A DNA stretch of 64,000 nt from positions 310,001-374,000 of the forward strand of contig JBBPEB010000019.1 in assembly GCA_039096225.1 (NCBI GenBank), written 5' to 3'. Position 1 is the first letter of the stretch. Each line of letters starts with the position of its first letter. The translations under genes were made by a program, and so were the position numbers. Origin of the DNA: Blastocystis sp. Blastoise. Its lineage: Eukaryota > Protista > Bigyra: Opalinata. The notes under the pieces were generated by a model, which made no database searches, had not been told where the DNA came from, and saw only the letters and a list, made by a program, of their open reading frames with translations. Of this stretch, positions 19,729 to 44,439 are shown in pieces.

Positions 19729-19862
19729 CTATATATTATATATATTATAATTATATTAAGTATTGTTATTAGTAGAAGAATTATAATATAATTATAATTT
19801 TGAGTAGTACTTATATTATAAACAGAATTAATGATATATATAAAACATCTTTAAAGCACTTG

Positions 19863-20585
<723 letters not shown>

Positions 20586-23091
20586 GTAAATTGAAGTAAA
20601 ATTATGAAGAATTCCTCAAGAGATTGTAATTTATATTGTAGCTTAAGGATTTCGAACTAATACTATAAGAAAAAGAATAAAAACAATTTATAGAAAAACT
20701 ACTATCATAAATGAGGAAAGACTAGTATATAATGAAGTAGATGAATAATTATTAGAACTAAAAGATTTATAAAAATGGAAGTAAGACAATATAAAAGTGT
20801 TATGCTACTCAATAGATATAATAGAAAGATCTAAGAATATCATTACAATATACTATAGTAAAGAAAGTAAGAAGATATATAAAAGATAAACACATATAAT
20901 CTTATAATATGCTGTTAGAGAAAAATAAAAATAGACAAATATATATATAAGAAAATATTAATTATATAAATACTAAGAGAATATTTTATGATTAAAACTA
21001 AAATAAATATGTCATACAAACATATATGAAAATAAAAGGATGAATAATAGAATAATAAAGTCAAGATAATCTGAGATTATAACTCAATTTGTAAAAGAAG
21101 AAACTAATAATAGAAAAGAGAATGTATATGAAATAAAGCAATAATTCAGGATGATGTAATATAAACACAAAAGTATATATATAAAAGAATAGATTCATCA
21201 AAATAGATAGAGAACATGGTATAAAATATAAATAAAAAATGACTCATGTTTTAAGAAGAAAAAAAATCGTTAAAGAAAAATATAGAATAACAAGACCATA
21301 GAATGTAAATATATATATATATATAAACATATTTGAATAATTTTAGACAAAAAATAATGAATTAGGAAGGTATAATAATATTATAATAATAAGTTAAATT
21401 TTACGAATGACGTTAAAGAGTACATAATACACCATAAAAAAGAACATGAAAAGTAGTAGATAATTCATAGAATAAGAAGATTTGAGGATATTTAATTGTT
21501 CAAAGAAGACCATATATTATAAAGATAGTTTTATATGGATGAAAATTATAGGATTACAATATAATTAAATTAATCCAACATCAATAAAACAACGAATAAA
21601 TAGTTCACACGGTAATAACATAAAGAGATACACTATAAAAAAATTTATAAAAAAATCTTATAGATTATTTGGATTAAAACTAAGCAAATCAAATAAAATA
21701 TTATATATTATATATTTGTATAATAAATAATAAAAAAATAACAGCAAAAATGTATATATTTAAACAAAATTGTAAAAAATAATTATATAAAACATAATAC
21801 AGAATAAGTTCATAATAAAAATATTAGTTAATAAAGACTTGATATTAAAAAAAGTAAATGATAATATTAACAAAAAGAAAGTAGATAATATTATAAAAAT
21901 AAAAGGATATGTATCAAAATATACGAATAGAGAAAAAGGAATCATAAAGTTGGAGAAAATGAAAATGCATATGGTTCACTATGAATATCTATATAAATAT
22001 AAATAATTATTCTAAAATATAGTATATTAAATAATAAAAGATTATATAATAAAAATAATGTAATTTATACATTATAAGTATGCATATATAATAACAGTAA
22101 TAGAATGAAATATATTATAAATATATATATATTCATGTTATATAAGAGAATATAATTGAATTATTATAAAAATATTATTAAAAAAAGGAATAATTGAATA
22201 GAAAAGTAATAAATATATTTTTAATTGAAATATAAATACAAAAAAACTCAATCTATATGTATATAAATAATAGCTAAAAAGAATTTGAAAAATAAATATA
22301 ATAAGTAATAACGAAAACAATAATAGAGAAGAATAAGAATATTTATAAAAATCAATAAGTAGAAAAATATACAAATGATTTCAATGCCAACTTGAAAGAC
22401 AGTATATTGGTATCTATTGAGGACTGAGATACTATATAGATTAAGAATAGACGATTGAGAAACAATAATAAACATATATAAACAATAAAAATAAAAACTG
22501 AAGCAATGCTAACATAAAGATAGTTGTATTTCATTAAAACACAATTCATAGAGTAACATGCATTCCGTAGTTAGTATTCGAACAAGAATTAGCATCCAAC
22601 AACAAAAGTAACGCAATTAAGAAATGAAGTCAAACACTCTGAATGATGAAAACAATAATAAATAACTTCGATCAATTAGACTCATCATAAACAAATTTCA
22701 TAATGTACCTAGTATCAATAAATAACTGAGTAATAGAATTTTATCAATATCTTGACTTTAATGTAAAGAATTTATAATATTAGTCTCGATTTATCAATTA
22801 TCGTGAAAATATAAAGAAAAACTTTTTTTTAATATTTATGATTTCTCTTTATTTAATATTCATTAGAAAATATGTTTAGTGACTAGCTATACTTTGTTGT
22901 TACGTTAAAGAACTTTAAGCAATAATAGTTAAGTGATGCAATGGGAAACAACTCATTTTGTGATTTGTTGATATTTTATGTCTAGTCCAATATTATTCAT
23001 ACAACTTAAATAGTATACTGATAGTATATCATATCAAAAGAGTCTGTCTCTCGTTATTTTTTGTGAATCAAGTTGTTTTTGTTAATAAATT

Positions 23092-23301
23092 ATTGTAGTT
23101 TGATTATGCTCTGTAGCATCCAATGAAAGAATAGCTTTAATTGACGCTTATTCTTATAGAACTACTAACATATGATAAATAAATAACTCTTCATAAAAAA
23201 GACAAATGTAATATTATTGGATAATGAAGAAATTAGCCAATATAATGCAGTATCAGGTTAACAGCAAAAAGTAGTGGAAACACACCGATAGTCAATTTCT
23301 C
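23092..23301 (-). repeat. Right TIR of the Mutator-like element
   Basis: Reverse complement of 11828-12037. Confidence 0.95.
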
Positions 23302-23780
23302 CCGTTCTTCAAGTTTTAATTTTTTATGAATTCTTGTATTTATTTTATTTTTGAATTATTTTATATGTTTTAATTTTATTTTTGATATTTCTTTAATTTA
23401 AATTACAAAGCAAATCATTAGCTATGAACTTTAAGATTCTAGAGTCTAAATGAAATGAAGAAAATGTCATCATTTTGTCATTTTCATGCTTTCTTTATTC
23501 ATATTAAGTTGTTCTATTTCATAAATCTAGAAATGATTTGTAAAATCATATATAAGAAATATGAATGAGTTATAACATCATTCTTTCCTTAATTATTTGT
23601 TAAGAGAGTCATTTTCTTGACAATACAGGATCCTTCTATGAAGAGAATAAGTTTGTTCATATAAAAAGTACATAGTTAATATAAGGATAACTAGTAAAAA
23701 AATTCAAATTGTTGAATGACGCTATTCAGTACTAACATAACAATAAAAATTAGTCTTCGAATATATATATATATATATAT

Positions 23781-24617
23781 CTAAAATCTATTTATATTTT
23801 CTTTTTTCCATTGTAGAAAAGCTTCTTTTAATTCATCAGGTTCAATAGCATCCCTTTTCTTATTAATATCCATTAATTTACGAGCTAATAAATAGATATA
23901 CTTTATATTATGATATAAATATTATTGTTATGTATGCTTATTATATATAATAATAATAATTAACTATAATAATAATTAACTATGAGATAATGAAATTGTT
24001 GAAATCATAAAGAAAAAATATAAATTACAAATAATGAATCAATATTAATAATAAAAAATAAATATTAATAAAAAAAATAATGAATCAATATAATAAAAAA
24101 AAATATAAATATTAATAAAAAAAATAAATCAATATTAATAAAAAAAAAATGAAAAATATGAATAATAAAAAAAAAAGATAATAGTATAGATACCTTTTTG
24201 TGTGAGTTCTCCAACAAAGACTTTAGCCATTCCTGCAATAGCTACTATATCTCGGTCTTCTGGTCGATATTTAATACCCATCTTTTTTGCTGTTTGTAAA
24301 ACTAATGTTTTCACTTTCTTTTGATTAAATCTGGAACAGAAAAAATGAAGAAAACAATTACGCTGATTCTCTGTCATATTATTCAATATCATTTGTAATT
24401 GTCTAGCTCGTTCTAGAGATGAATTGTAACTAGATGTTGAAGGTATTTTTCGATTCATCTTCATATCCATCTTAGATAATCCGGTCATTCTAGTTTCTGC
24501 ACTACTTGATGACATTATATCATCATTTATTGTGGATTCCCCATCAATAGTCATGACAACAGACTTTTCACGCGTCGATATACATGTTGAGAAGAAATCG
24601 GTATCATCATCACTCAT
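23781..24617 (-). CDS. TAF11: TFIID subunit TAF11 (histone fold); exons 24617-24194 and 23884-23781
   Basis: MTENQRNCF..F..SRFNQKKVKTLV...IVAIAGMAKVFVGELTQKARKLM...AIEPDELKEAF matches the TAFII28 histone-fold pattern; TAG stop. Confidence 0.85.
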
Positions 24618-25439
24618 TTTTAATTATTAGTTCTAGAAAAAAATAGAGTAATCATATGAATAGAGACAGATATATAATCCTGAAACTATATTTATATACA
24701 ATATCAAGAATCTAAGAAGATATTATAAAAAAATATTTATATATGGAATTTTACGATTATTTCAAATGTTTAAAGTAAAAAAATATTATTTCTATGTGAA
24801 TTTTTAAAAATGTAATTGTTTAATTTATTTGGTGAATCAATTTATATATAATTTAAGCAATATAACCGAAAAGTGTTTATGACAATTCTAGTTTTGATAA
24901 TTCAACAAAATAGTTCGTAATCAAAAAAAAGGACAATGAATACTTGAACTGTTTAAAAGAATTAAATATATAGCGCATATTGTCTGGAAAGGTTACATGA
25001 CTAACTTTGATAATAATGAATTAAATACAAATCAATTTCTATTATCGAATTTCTACTTTTTTTGTATGTCATAGAGTAATTTGAAAACTATTTAATGGTC
25101 GTTTTAAAGTAGAATATACTATAAAAACACGACTACTAGAGGAGCCAATTCATTCTTTTAAAAATAATGTTTTTCTGAGAATCATAGAAATATAGAAGAA
25201 ATAAACAAAAGAATCATGGTTTTCTCATTTCCAACATTTCGTTTGTTTAAAGTAAATTATTCAAGTTATATTGTTTTCTAGAATAATAACAAAACAATCG
25301 TATTTGCATTATTGTATGAATTATCATGTTTCATCTTGTTAATAATTTATTTTATTCTTTTAGAAGTAATTTGTTTTGTGTAACTCTTGATTACGATTTA
25401 TTTCATTTACTTTTGATCTGATTGTATTAAAGCAACAAG

Positions 25440-35659
<10,220 letters not shown>

Positions 35660-37004
35660 ATTATACATAATATATATATATTTAGTATTTTTTTTTTTTA
35701 AGAATATAAGCATTTATATATCCATATATACTCCATTCTCTATACTTCTACTATTTACATATATATATATATATAATTTATTTAAGAGTCATAGAAATTC
35801 TATTTCTATTTATGAATCTATTATTGTTTAATTCCTTTTTTTTTTTTTCTACTTTTTATCATTATTTTATTTTTCATTTTTTAAAACTATATATTTCATT
35901 TTAATTCTTCATTTTTTTACATTTAGTTGACTCTATATATATATATATATATTTTTAGGATTCTTTTCTAGAATTCATCTGTTTTTATTACATTAATTTA
36001 TTATTTATTCTTTTTCTATTTCTTATAAAGATTATACTATTCGTATTTATATATTTGAATAATCTTTACTCCTAATGATTCATTCTGACAAACTATTTAT
36101 ATTGTTACATATATTCTATTTCTAGGTCCTATCATTCCTAATTCTCTATAATGACTTTCCCTAATCATATATACATATCACCAAGTCTATTTGATTTCAT
36201 TTATTTTATTTTTTTATTATATATTTTTTCTTTATTTTTTTAGATTAAATTTCTTTATTAAAACATTAATTATTACTTCTTTCTTTTGTTTAGCATAGAG
36301 ATATTGAGAATCAATAAGAGCTGATATATAGCCACTCACAAAAGTGATATTTTATCTATATTACTATATAAATGAGTCATTTATAACATATTATATGTGA
36401 ATCATATTCAACAACATGAACAGTATGTTAAACAAAAAAGTCCTTTAAAGAACTGATACATTGATATAAAAAACAAATAATATTATTTTCTACACACACA
36501 CAATAAATGTAAATAAAACTCTCTCAAACCAGAATATTGAAGATTGAGAGCATTTACTGTACATATAAATCGAAATGAAAAACAAATTATATAAGCAAAC
36601 CTTGTTTTCTTGAAATAAAAAAATGAATACTTTAAAAAATAAGCTAAAAACGGAATAAATATTATTTAAGATATTTGATTGGCTAATGGATTCACATAAG
36701 CCAATGAAATACTGGACCATAATTCTAAAAAAAAAGAATAGATCTCCATGAATTTATTCAATAAAAGCCTGTAAATACAGTAAGAATCGTGAAAATCGGA
36801 ATATAGGCTGGCTTTCAAAAGCCTTTTTGAAATGTCTTTATAGGTTCTATTCTTCTAAATACGAAAATAATATTATTTGTATGTTCATAGAATTAATACA
36901 TAAAAACTCATCTATATAGAAAACATCGTATTAAGAAAAAATACTTTTATAACATTCAGAATTTTGAGTTCATTTCTTCATTTCTTCTTTGATTATCTGT
37001 TGAA

Positions 37005-38282
37005 ATGAATAACAACAATCCTCTATATAAGAATTTATGTCCAAAACCAATCAATTCTTATCAAAATCCTCAACAATCTAATGGAACACCTTTAGGAAAT
37101 TCTAATCCTCTTCCTTTACATAATGATTCTAGTTTCATCAACTCTAATGATAGCTATATACCAAGAGATAATGGATCACTTGCTGTTCAAGCACACAGTG
37201 ATATGTCATTTAGTATGAGAAGATATGGTGCTAGTTCTGAAAATCAAGCTCCTTCTCTAGGTATATATATATTATTTTTATGAAGAAAATTCTTTTTCTT
37301 TGATAATTTTTTATTTTTATTTTTATTTCAATTTATATATATAATTTTTCGTTTTATTTAAATTTATCTATATAATTATACATTATAGATCTTTTAACTG
37401 AACAATCTCCTTCACTTCAGCCTGATCTTACTGCTCAACCTCCTCCCTCTATGCCTCCAGCTTATCTTACTGTATATATATATATATATAATTATTATTA
37501 TTGTTTAATAAAATCATGTTTTTTATATTGTCTATTTATCATTTTATGTATTTTATTTGAAAGAATAATATATAAATATAATAATAATAATAAATAATAA
37601 ATAATATGATATAATAATAATAAATGTAATAATAATAAATGTAATAATATATAAATATAATAATATAATAATAATAAATAATAAATAATATAAAAATATA
37701 ATATAATAAATAATGAATAATATAATAATAATAAACCTATATATATAGAGTTCTTTTTGTAATGGTGTTGATTCTACTGCTTATCCTCTTCAATCGAATG
37801 GTATGGATTCAAATACATTTCCTTTATACCGTACTCCTTTTGATACTACAAATAATTTTATTCCAAATGATACAAAGCCTACTTATACTCCTCTTCCACC
37901 TCTCGATACTATGTATATTACTTCTATACCTCGATATGAGGATAATAGTAATCCACTTCTAAGAGACACAAATACATTATCTCCTTATAATCAACCTATT
38001 TATGATATTAATAATATGTCTAATTATACACAACCTTTTATAGAGAATACTACTAGAAGTAATAGTGAACAATATATACAAAATAAACCTCAATTTTTTA
38101 ATACACCTATAGGTATTCAATCTACACCTGAATTATACCCTCCTTTATCTATTCCTCCTAATACTTCTTCTTATCCTCAAGATCCATCTCAACTCTATAA
38201 TTCTTCTCTTCCTTATACCTCTCTAAATACTATTAATTTATATAATCCTATGATACCTCCCTATCCCGATCAAATAACCATG

Positions 38283-38336
<54 letters not shown>

Positions 38337-39947
38337 CAAAGAATGCTTCAGAATTCATCTATTCCTTCTAATCAAGATTATACCCTCTCTAGTGACTATC
38401 CTATTCCAAATGGTGTGTATAATGAACTTAAAAAACGTATACTAATATTATTATTTTATTTATTATTATTATTTTATTTATTATTATTATTTGTATTATT
38501 GTTATTATTATTATTTATATGTTTAGATTCGTTCACTAATTCTATATCGAATCTGAGTCATTATTGTCAATCACCTAATATCAAACGCATTCAAGGAGCA
38601 GAATTCAATAAGAACAGTTTCTCAAGTATTCTTATTTTATTTATTTATTTATTTATTATTTATTTATTTATTATTTATTTATTTATTATTTATTTATTTA
38701 TTTATTTATTTAATTATTTATTTATTTATTAAAATAGTATGAAATCTTCATATCAATATTATTCTTATAAAGAATCCATAATCTATATCCTATATATATA
38801 TATATAGATTATTGTATAAAGCAGCCTGCCTATATTGTCGGTCCCTTAATAGGACAAGAGTATCCTTCTTTATCTGTTGTTGATGACTATATGAATAAAC
38901 TTGATCAAAATATAGAAGGAACATTCCAATACGTATATATATATATATATTATTATTATTATTATACTTATTATTATTATATAGTATGGTGATCATACAT
39001 ATACATTTAGTGTTGGTGTATTTAATAATGTTTTAAAAGTATATTAATATATATATTCTCATCATCATCTTATTATTATTATTATTATATATAGCATTCA
39101 AAATCATTAAGTTATCCTATTTCTTATTGTTTCTGTATCCCTATTCATCCTTCTTTGGCTCCCTACCCAACACAGAATCAGCCTTCAGATGTTCCCTCCC
39201 CATCACAGACTCTTTCTCAAATGAGTTCCATCTCTTTATCTCCTTCTAATTATAGTACAAGTATACTTAATAATGATACATTTGAAACACAACCTATATT
39301 AAGAACCAATAATTCTCAACATAGTATTATGAATAATATGATGAATATGAATACTATACATAATAATAATATTCAAAATAACCGTGAAAATGATTTTAAT
39401 TCTGAATATCGATTTGTTGATAGTTCTTTATATAGAGACATTTCTTGGACAGAATGTGTTTATCCTAAAAGATATTCACGATTATATGATAAATATTCAC
39501 TTGTATATTATTATTGTCTATAGTTATTTTTGCTTTTATTATATATATTTATATATATATAATAATAATAACATATTATTATTATTATTATTATTGTTAT
39601 TATATAGGATATAAAGGAAACAATTCTTTTTTCTCCTCGATCCTATTTTAATCCACAAATAAGTTCTTTTACTTCAAATACATCTCTATATGTTATATCG
39701 GGTTCTATAACTGTATATTCATTCTTCGTTCAAAAAAGAGAATTATCAAATTATTTTTCCGCGGGAAATGGTGAGAAAAAGAAAGAGAAAGCATCATGCG
39801 CGTCATTATTACATTTATCACATACAAATATAGCGAGATATGAAATTAATCAAGGAGATACATTAATTATTCCCTGTAGCTATTTTTATTTATTATATTC
39901 TGACAAAGGATCCATGGTGTATAGACATACTTTCTATAGTGGTATAT

Positions 39948-39994
<47 letters not shown>

Positions 39995-40079
39995 ATATAT
40001 TATTATATATTATTATATATATATAGGTCCAACTATGAGAACACAAAGTGAATTCTTTAGAATTATCAATCAAGATAAA

Positions 40080-40137
<58 letters not shown>

Positions 40138-40520
40138 TACAAATATACAACGTGTTTTATTTTGGGAAATGAATTGGTTGGCAGCAGCACGATATTTAAA
40201 AACATTCAGAATTAAAACTGATAAGTGTTTAGTTTCTGATTTTGAACGTCCTTTAATACCCTCATTAATAAGTAATTTGAAGAGTACACACGAGTTTTAT
40301 GTGACAGGGAATAGTACAGGAGATATAGTGATGAATATGAAGGCTATAGAGGACTATATAACAGGATATACAGGATGTCTAGGACCCTTAGATATGCTTC
40401 TAGAACTATCTACTGTGTGTTCAGGAAATAAATGGAATCAATTACCTAGTAGACTTAAAGATAAAAGTATATATATATATATATATATATATATCATAGT
40501 ATAGATTATAATATAATGTG

Positions 40521-40552
<32 letters not shown>

Positions 40553-41053
40553 ATAGGTTGTTTAAGTATTCAGTCACATGACACATCCCAAGCCGTTGAG
40601 GAACAATATCAAACGGTTATTAACACCAAGAATTATATGCCCTCCAATCCTATTCAGCCCGCCATGTTTTCCATGCGCGGTAGCTATCCCATTATGGCGG
40701 GAAATGCTATGTACGGGTATCCAATCAACTCTCAAGATTATGTTGTATATTATTATATATTATATATTATTATATATCATTATATATTATTATATATTAT
40801 TATATATTATATAATGTATATTATATATTATTATATATTATATATTATTATATATTATATAATGTATATTATTATATATTATATATTATTATATATTATA
40901 TATTATATATTATGTATTATATATTATTATGTATTATATAATGTATATTATTATATATTATATTACTATGTATTATATATTATTATATATTATTAATATT
41001 ATTTGTATTATATAGATGATGAACCAAACGCCAACTCATTCAAGTAATAAGGG

Positions 41054-41087
<34 letters not shown>

Positions 41088-41478
41088 GAAGAATGGGATT
41101 TCTCATGTATTTGTGGTAAACAAGGGAAGAATTATGATGATGGAACAAGAATGGTGGAATGTCCTGAATGTAAATATTGGTCTCACACGCGATGTGAAAA
41201 TATCTCTGATAATTCGAATCCTCCTGATGATTATATATGTACTAATTGCAAGAGGCGTCATATGATGATGAGTGCGAATTATCCCGCGGGAGAAATGCAA
41301 ATGAACAATAAACGATCTATTAAGTATATATATATAAATTATTATTATATTATTTTATCTATTTATAGTTTTCAACGTGTGCCATCCTACAATGATAATA
41401 GTATATATCTATATTATATTATATATATAAAATTATATTTATTATTATCTAGGTCAGATGAAGAGAAAAAGACATTAA
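37005..41478 (+). CDS. KDM2/KDM7(JHDM1)-like degenerate JmjC domain plus C-terminal PHD finger; Pro/Asn/Tyr-rich N-terminus
   Basis: YRDISWTECVYP...DKYSL, LYVISGSITVY, NQGDTLIIPCSYFYLLYS and LFWEMNWLAAARY follow the JHDM1 pattern. PHD: CICGKQGKNYDDGTRMVECPECKYWSHTRC...YICTNC. Predicted end ...MKRKRH-TAA (41476-41478). Confidence 0.7.
40080..40135 (+). other. Intron consisting solely of G(TA)27G
   Basis: 56 nt, GT..AG. Removal joins ...INQDK to STNIQRVLFWEMNWL in frame; retention would frameshift. Confidence 0.85.
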
Positions 41479-41615
41479 AAAATAAATTAATTAGTTTTTT
41501 ATTTAAAAAGTTATTTCTATATATTATAAATTTTTGTATTAAAAAATTTAGGTATATTTCTATGTATATATATATTTTTCTTTATTTGTTTTTTTCTTTT
41601 GTTATACATAATCCT

Positions 41616-41677
<62 letters not shown>

Positions 41678-41941
41678 CTGTGATTATTCTCACCATCAAC
41701 TCCTTTTCTCCTTTTCGAAATACTATTCATTTTTAATGTTACTTTGTTTATTTATATAATCTTTTTTCTTCAATAGATATCATTTATATATAATTCATTA
41801 TTGAAGATATTGTTTCATTAATTCTAATATATATATATAGTGAAACATTTTTTTTTGCAATTTATTTATTATAAGTTTTGTTCTGTGTATAAATAGTCAA
41901 CAAAATTCATTATTAATAAACTATTGAATCAACAATTATTA

Positions 41942-42414
41942 TTATAAACATGATTGTATTATATATACAGTCTCCTTTTTATTTTCTTTTTCTTCTTTTT
42001 GTAATGTATCATCTAAATATAAATATATATATATATATATATGAAGAAAAAAATAACCAATAATCATTATAATACTTATATACATAGTTCTTTAATATGA
42101 ATATTCCATATATTTAATTGTTTTGTAACCGAATAACTATTCATACTTCGACTCTCTCCTGTACATAATTAAGAAGATTATATATTATATATTATATATT
42201 ATATATATAAAAGATATAATTCATCTGAATATTCTAGAATGTCGTTTAACGCAGAAATTCGATTACTCCATAAACTATATATATATAGTTATATACTGTA
42301 AATAATAATAAAAAAACTTATAATGTTATAGATACACAAAAAGAATTAATAAAATAATTTACTTATCATTAATTATGACATAATATAAAATGTTTAATAA
42401 AATATATAAAACAT

Positions 42415-42463
<49 letters not shown>

Positions 42464-42849
42464 TAACATTCTTCTTGTTGAATATAATGTATAAACTCTT
42501 CGTTTCCCTCCATTTCAAAAAAGAGCGGGCTATAAACAATTTGTGTCGAGTCTTTAAATGTAGTTTCTTCGAAATGAGATCGATATTCCATTAGAAAGTC
42601 TATCACGTGATCTAGATAAATATTACTGTGTGATATTCGAAGATCTTCGAAACACAAATAGAATTCTGAACTAGAAGTATAGTCAATATAAATATAATAT
42701 AAATAGATATGAAATAGAGGGTATATTAGAATAAATTGTAAATAGAATAGGATAAAGAATATATACTCTATATTATGTATAGAACAAAAAAGAATATGTA
42801 TAATTTAATATAGAATATGTCAAAGAAAAGTAAAGAGAATGAAAAAAGA

Positions 42850-42889
<40 letters not shown>

Positions 42890-44347
42890 TTGAATGGCCT
42901 AGATGTATTTGGTTTTATAATTGTGAATGACTGAAAACATTTTAAGACAATATATACGATAAGCCAAAAAGATTCACATGCACAATCACGTGCTTTAATA
43001 AAGAGGCTGCCACCAATTCTTATAGCTGGAAGCATGAGTAGTAATTCATGAATAAAAAATGGAATGTGCAAAATACACTATATATTATTGTTTTTATTAT
43101 ATTTATTATTAAAGAATTCTATTAACAATTATTATCATTTAAGAATTAAAATAGCACCTACTTCATTTTCAGAATAACCGTGATTATCATCTTCAATTGC
43201 GCCATCAGCTAATGCCAAGTCAACACCTGAACATTCTTGATATACCTATATATATATATTAATTTAAAACACATTTCAACTTTAAATAACATGATAAAAA
43301 TATATTTGATAAAAACATAACAATATATATAGCTAATAAATATAATAATAATATATATATATATATACATGACTCCATAAATGCTGTTTGTTAGCTTCAG
43401 AATAAATGTCACCTGTTTTATCTTCTCCTACACAGAGAGAATAATCGCGGTTATTGTTGGAACACAAATAACGTAAAGAATCTAAATTCCAAACACATCC
43501 TAAATATATATATATATATATAATGTATAAATATGAATCCATAAATAAATAAATATATATATATATATAGAAAATCAAAAAAAAACATACCATCAAAAGA
43601 TTGTGTTGAATCTTTCTTTTTATTGGATAAATCCATTAACGACATCCCCCATCCACGCGCTTTTATATTTCGTTCATAACAACGATATAATAAATATCTA
43701 TATATAAATATATAATGTTGATTTTAAAAATAAGATATTAATATATATATATTAATTCATGTTTTTAATTAATAATAAATATTCTGAGAAACCGCCAGGT
43801 GCTCCACAAATATCAATAAATCGAAACATATCTTCTTCTCTTCCTAAATAAGTTATTAAGTACTTATAAATAATTATTTATTGAATATATCCAAAAATAT
43901 ATATATAAATATATATATATACGTGAATCAATAAAAGAAAGCGTATGATCAACTTCAGCTAATTTAAGACCAGCTCGGCTAACAAAACCTCCTTTTTTTA
44001 ACGATTGTCCTTTAAAAATGCGAGATTTAATGATTTTATAATCCTCTTTAGGAATATCATCCAATAAATTATAAATATTCTGTATCTTCTTATACAATTT
44101 GGAATTAATCAATCGATTCTATATATAATAAATAAGAATTAAAAATAATTACAGAAAGACCCGGATGTAATTCATCAAATTTATCTTTACTCACGCAATA
44201 GATCTGTTTTTTCAATAATGCATCCATAAAACTTAGATCATTTTCCATACTTTCACAATCGAACCATTGGACTCTCATCTCTTTGAACAAATTGTTACGC
44301 TGAAAATGTTTATATTTCGATGTTTTAAAAGAAAGGGGTAATTCATT
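41942..44347 (-). CDS. CMTR1: Cap-specific mRNA (nucleoside-2'-O)-methyltransferase, CMTR1-like (FtsJ/RrmJ fold); both ends approximate
   Basis: FVSRAGLKLAEVD, FIDICGAPGGFSE, GWGMSL, GEDKTGDIY, VDLALADG, GGSLFIK and IIKPNTSRP..SEFY give the K-D-K-E tetrad motifs in order. Confidence 0.82.
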
Positions 44348-44439
44348 CTATAAAAAGAAGTTAATTACCTATATATATGTTAAACAATACATCTTCATTA
44401 CAATCCATATTTATATGTTAATAAAACGAAATAGAAATA

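Noticed and set aside
36490-36720. Short intergenic ORFs (also 9426-9740, 21760-22549, 58155-58370, 60648-61062)
   Set aside because: F/I/L/Y-rich translations typical of random AT-rich DNA, with no motifs or supporting splice structure.
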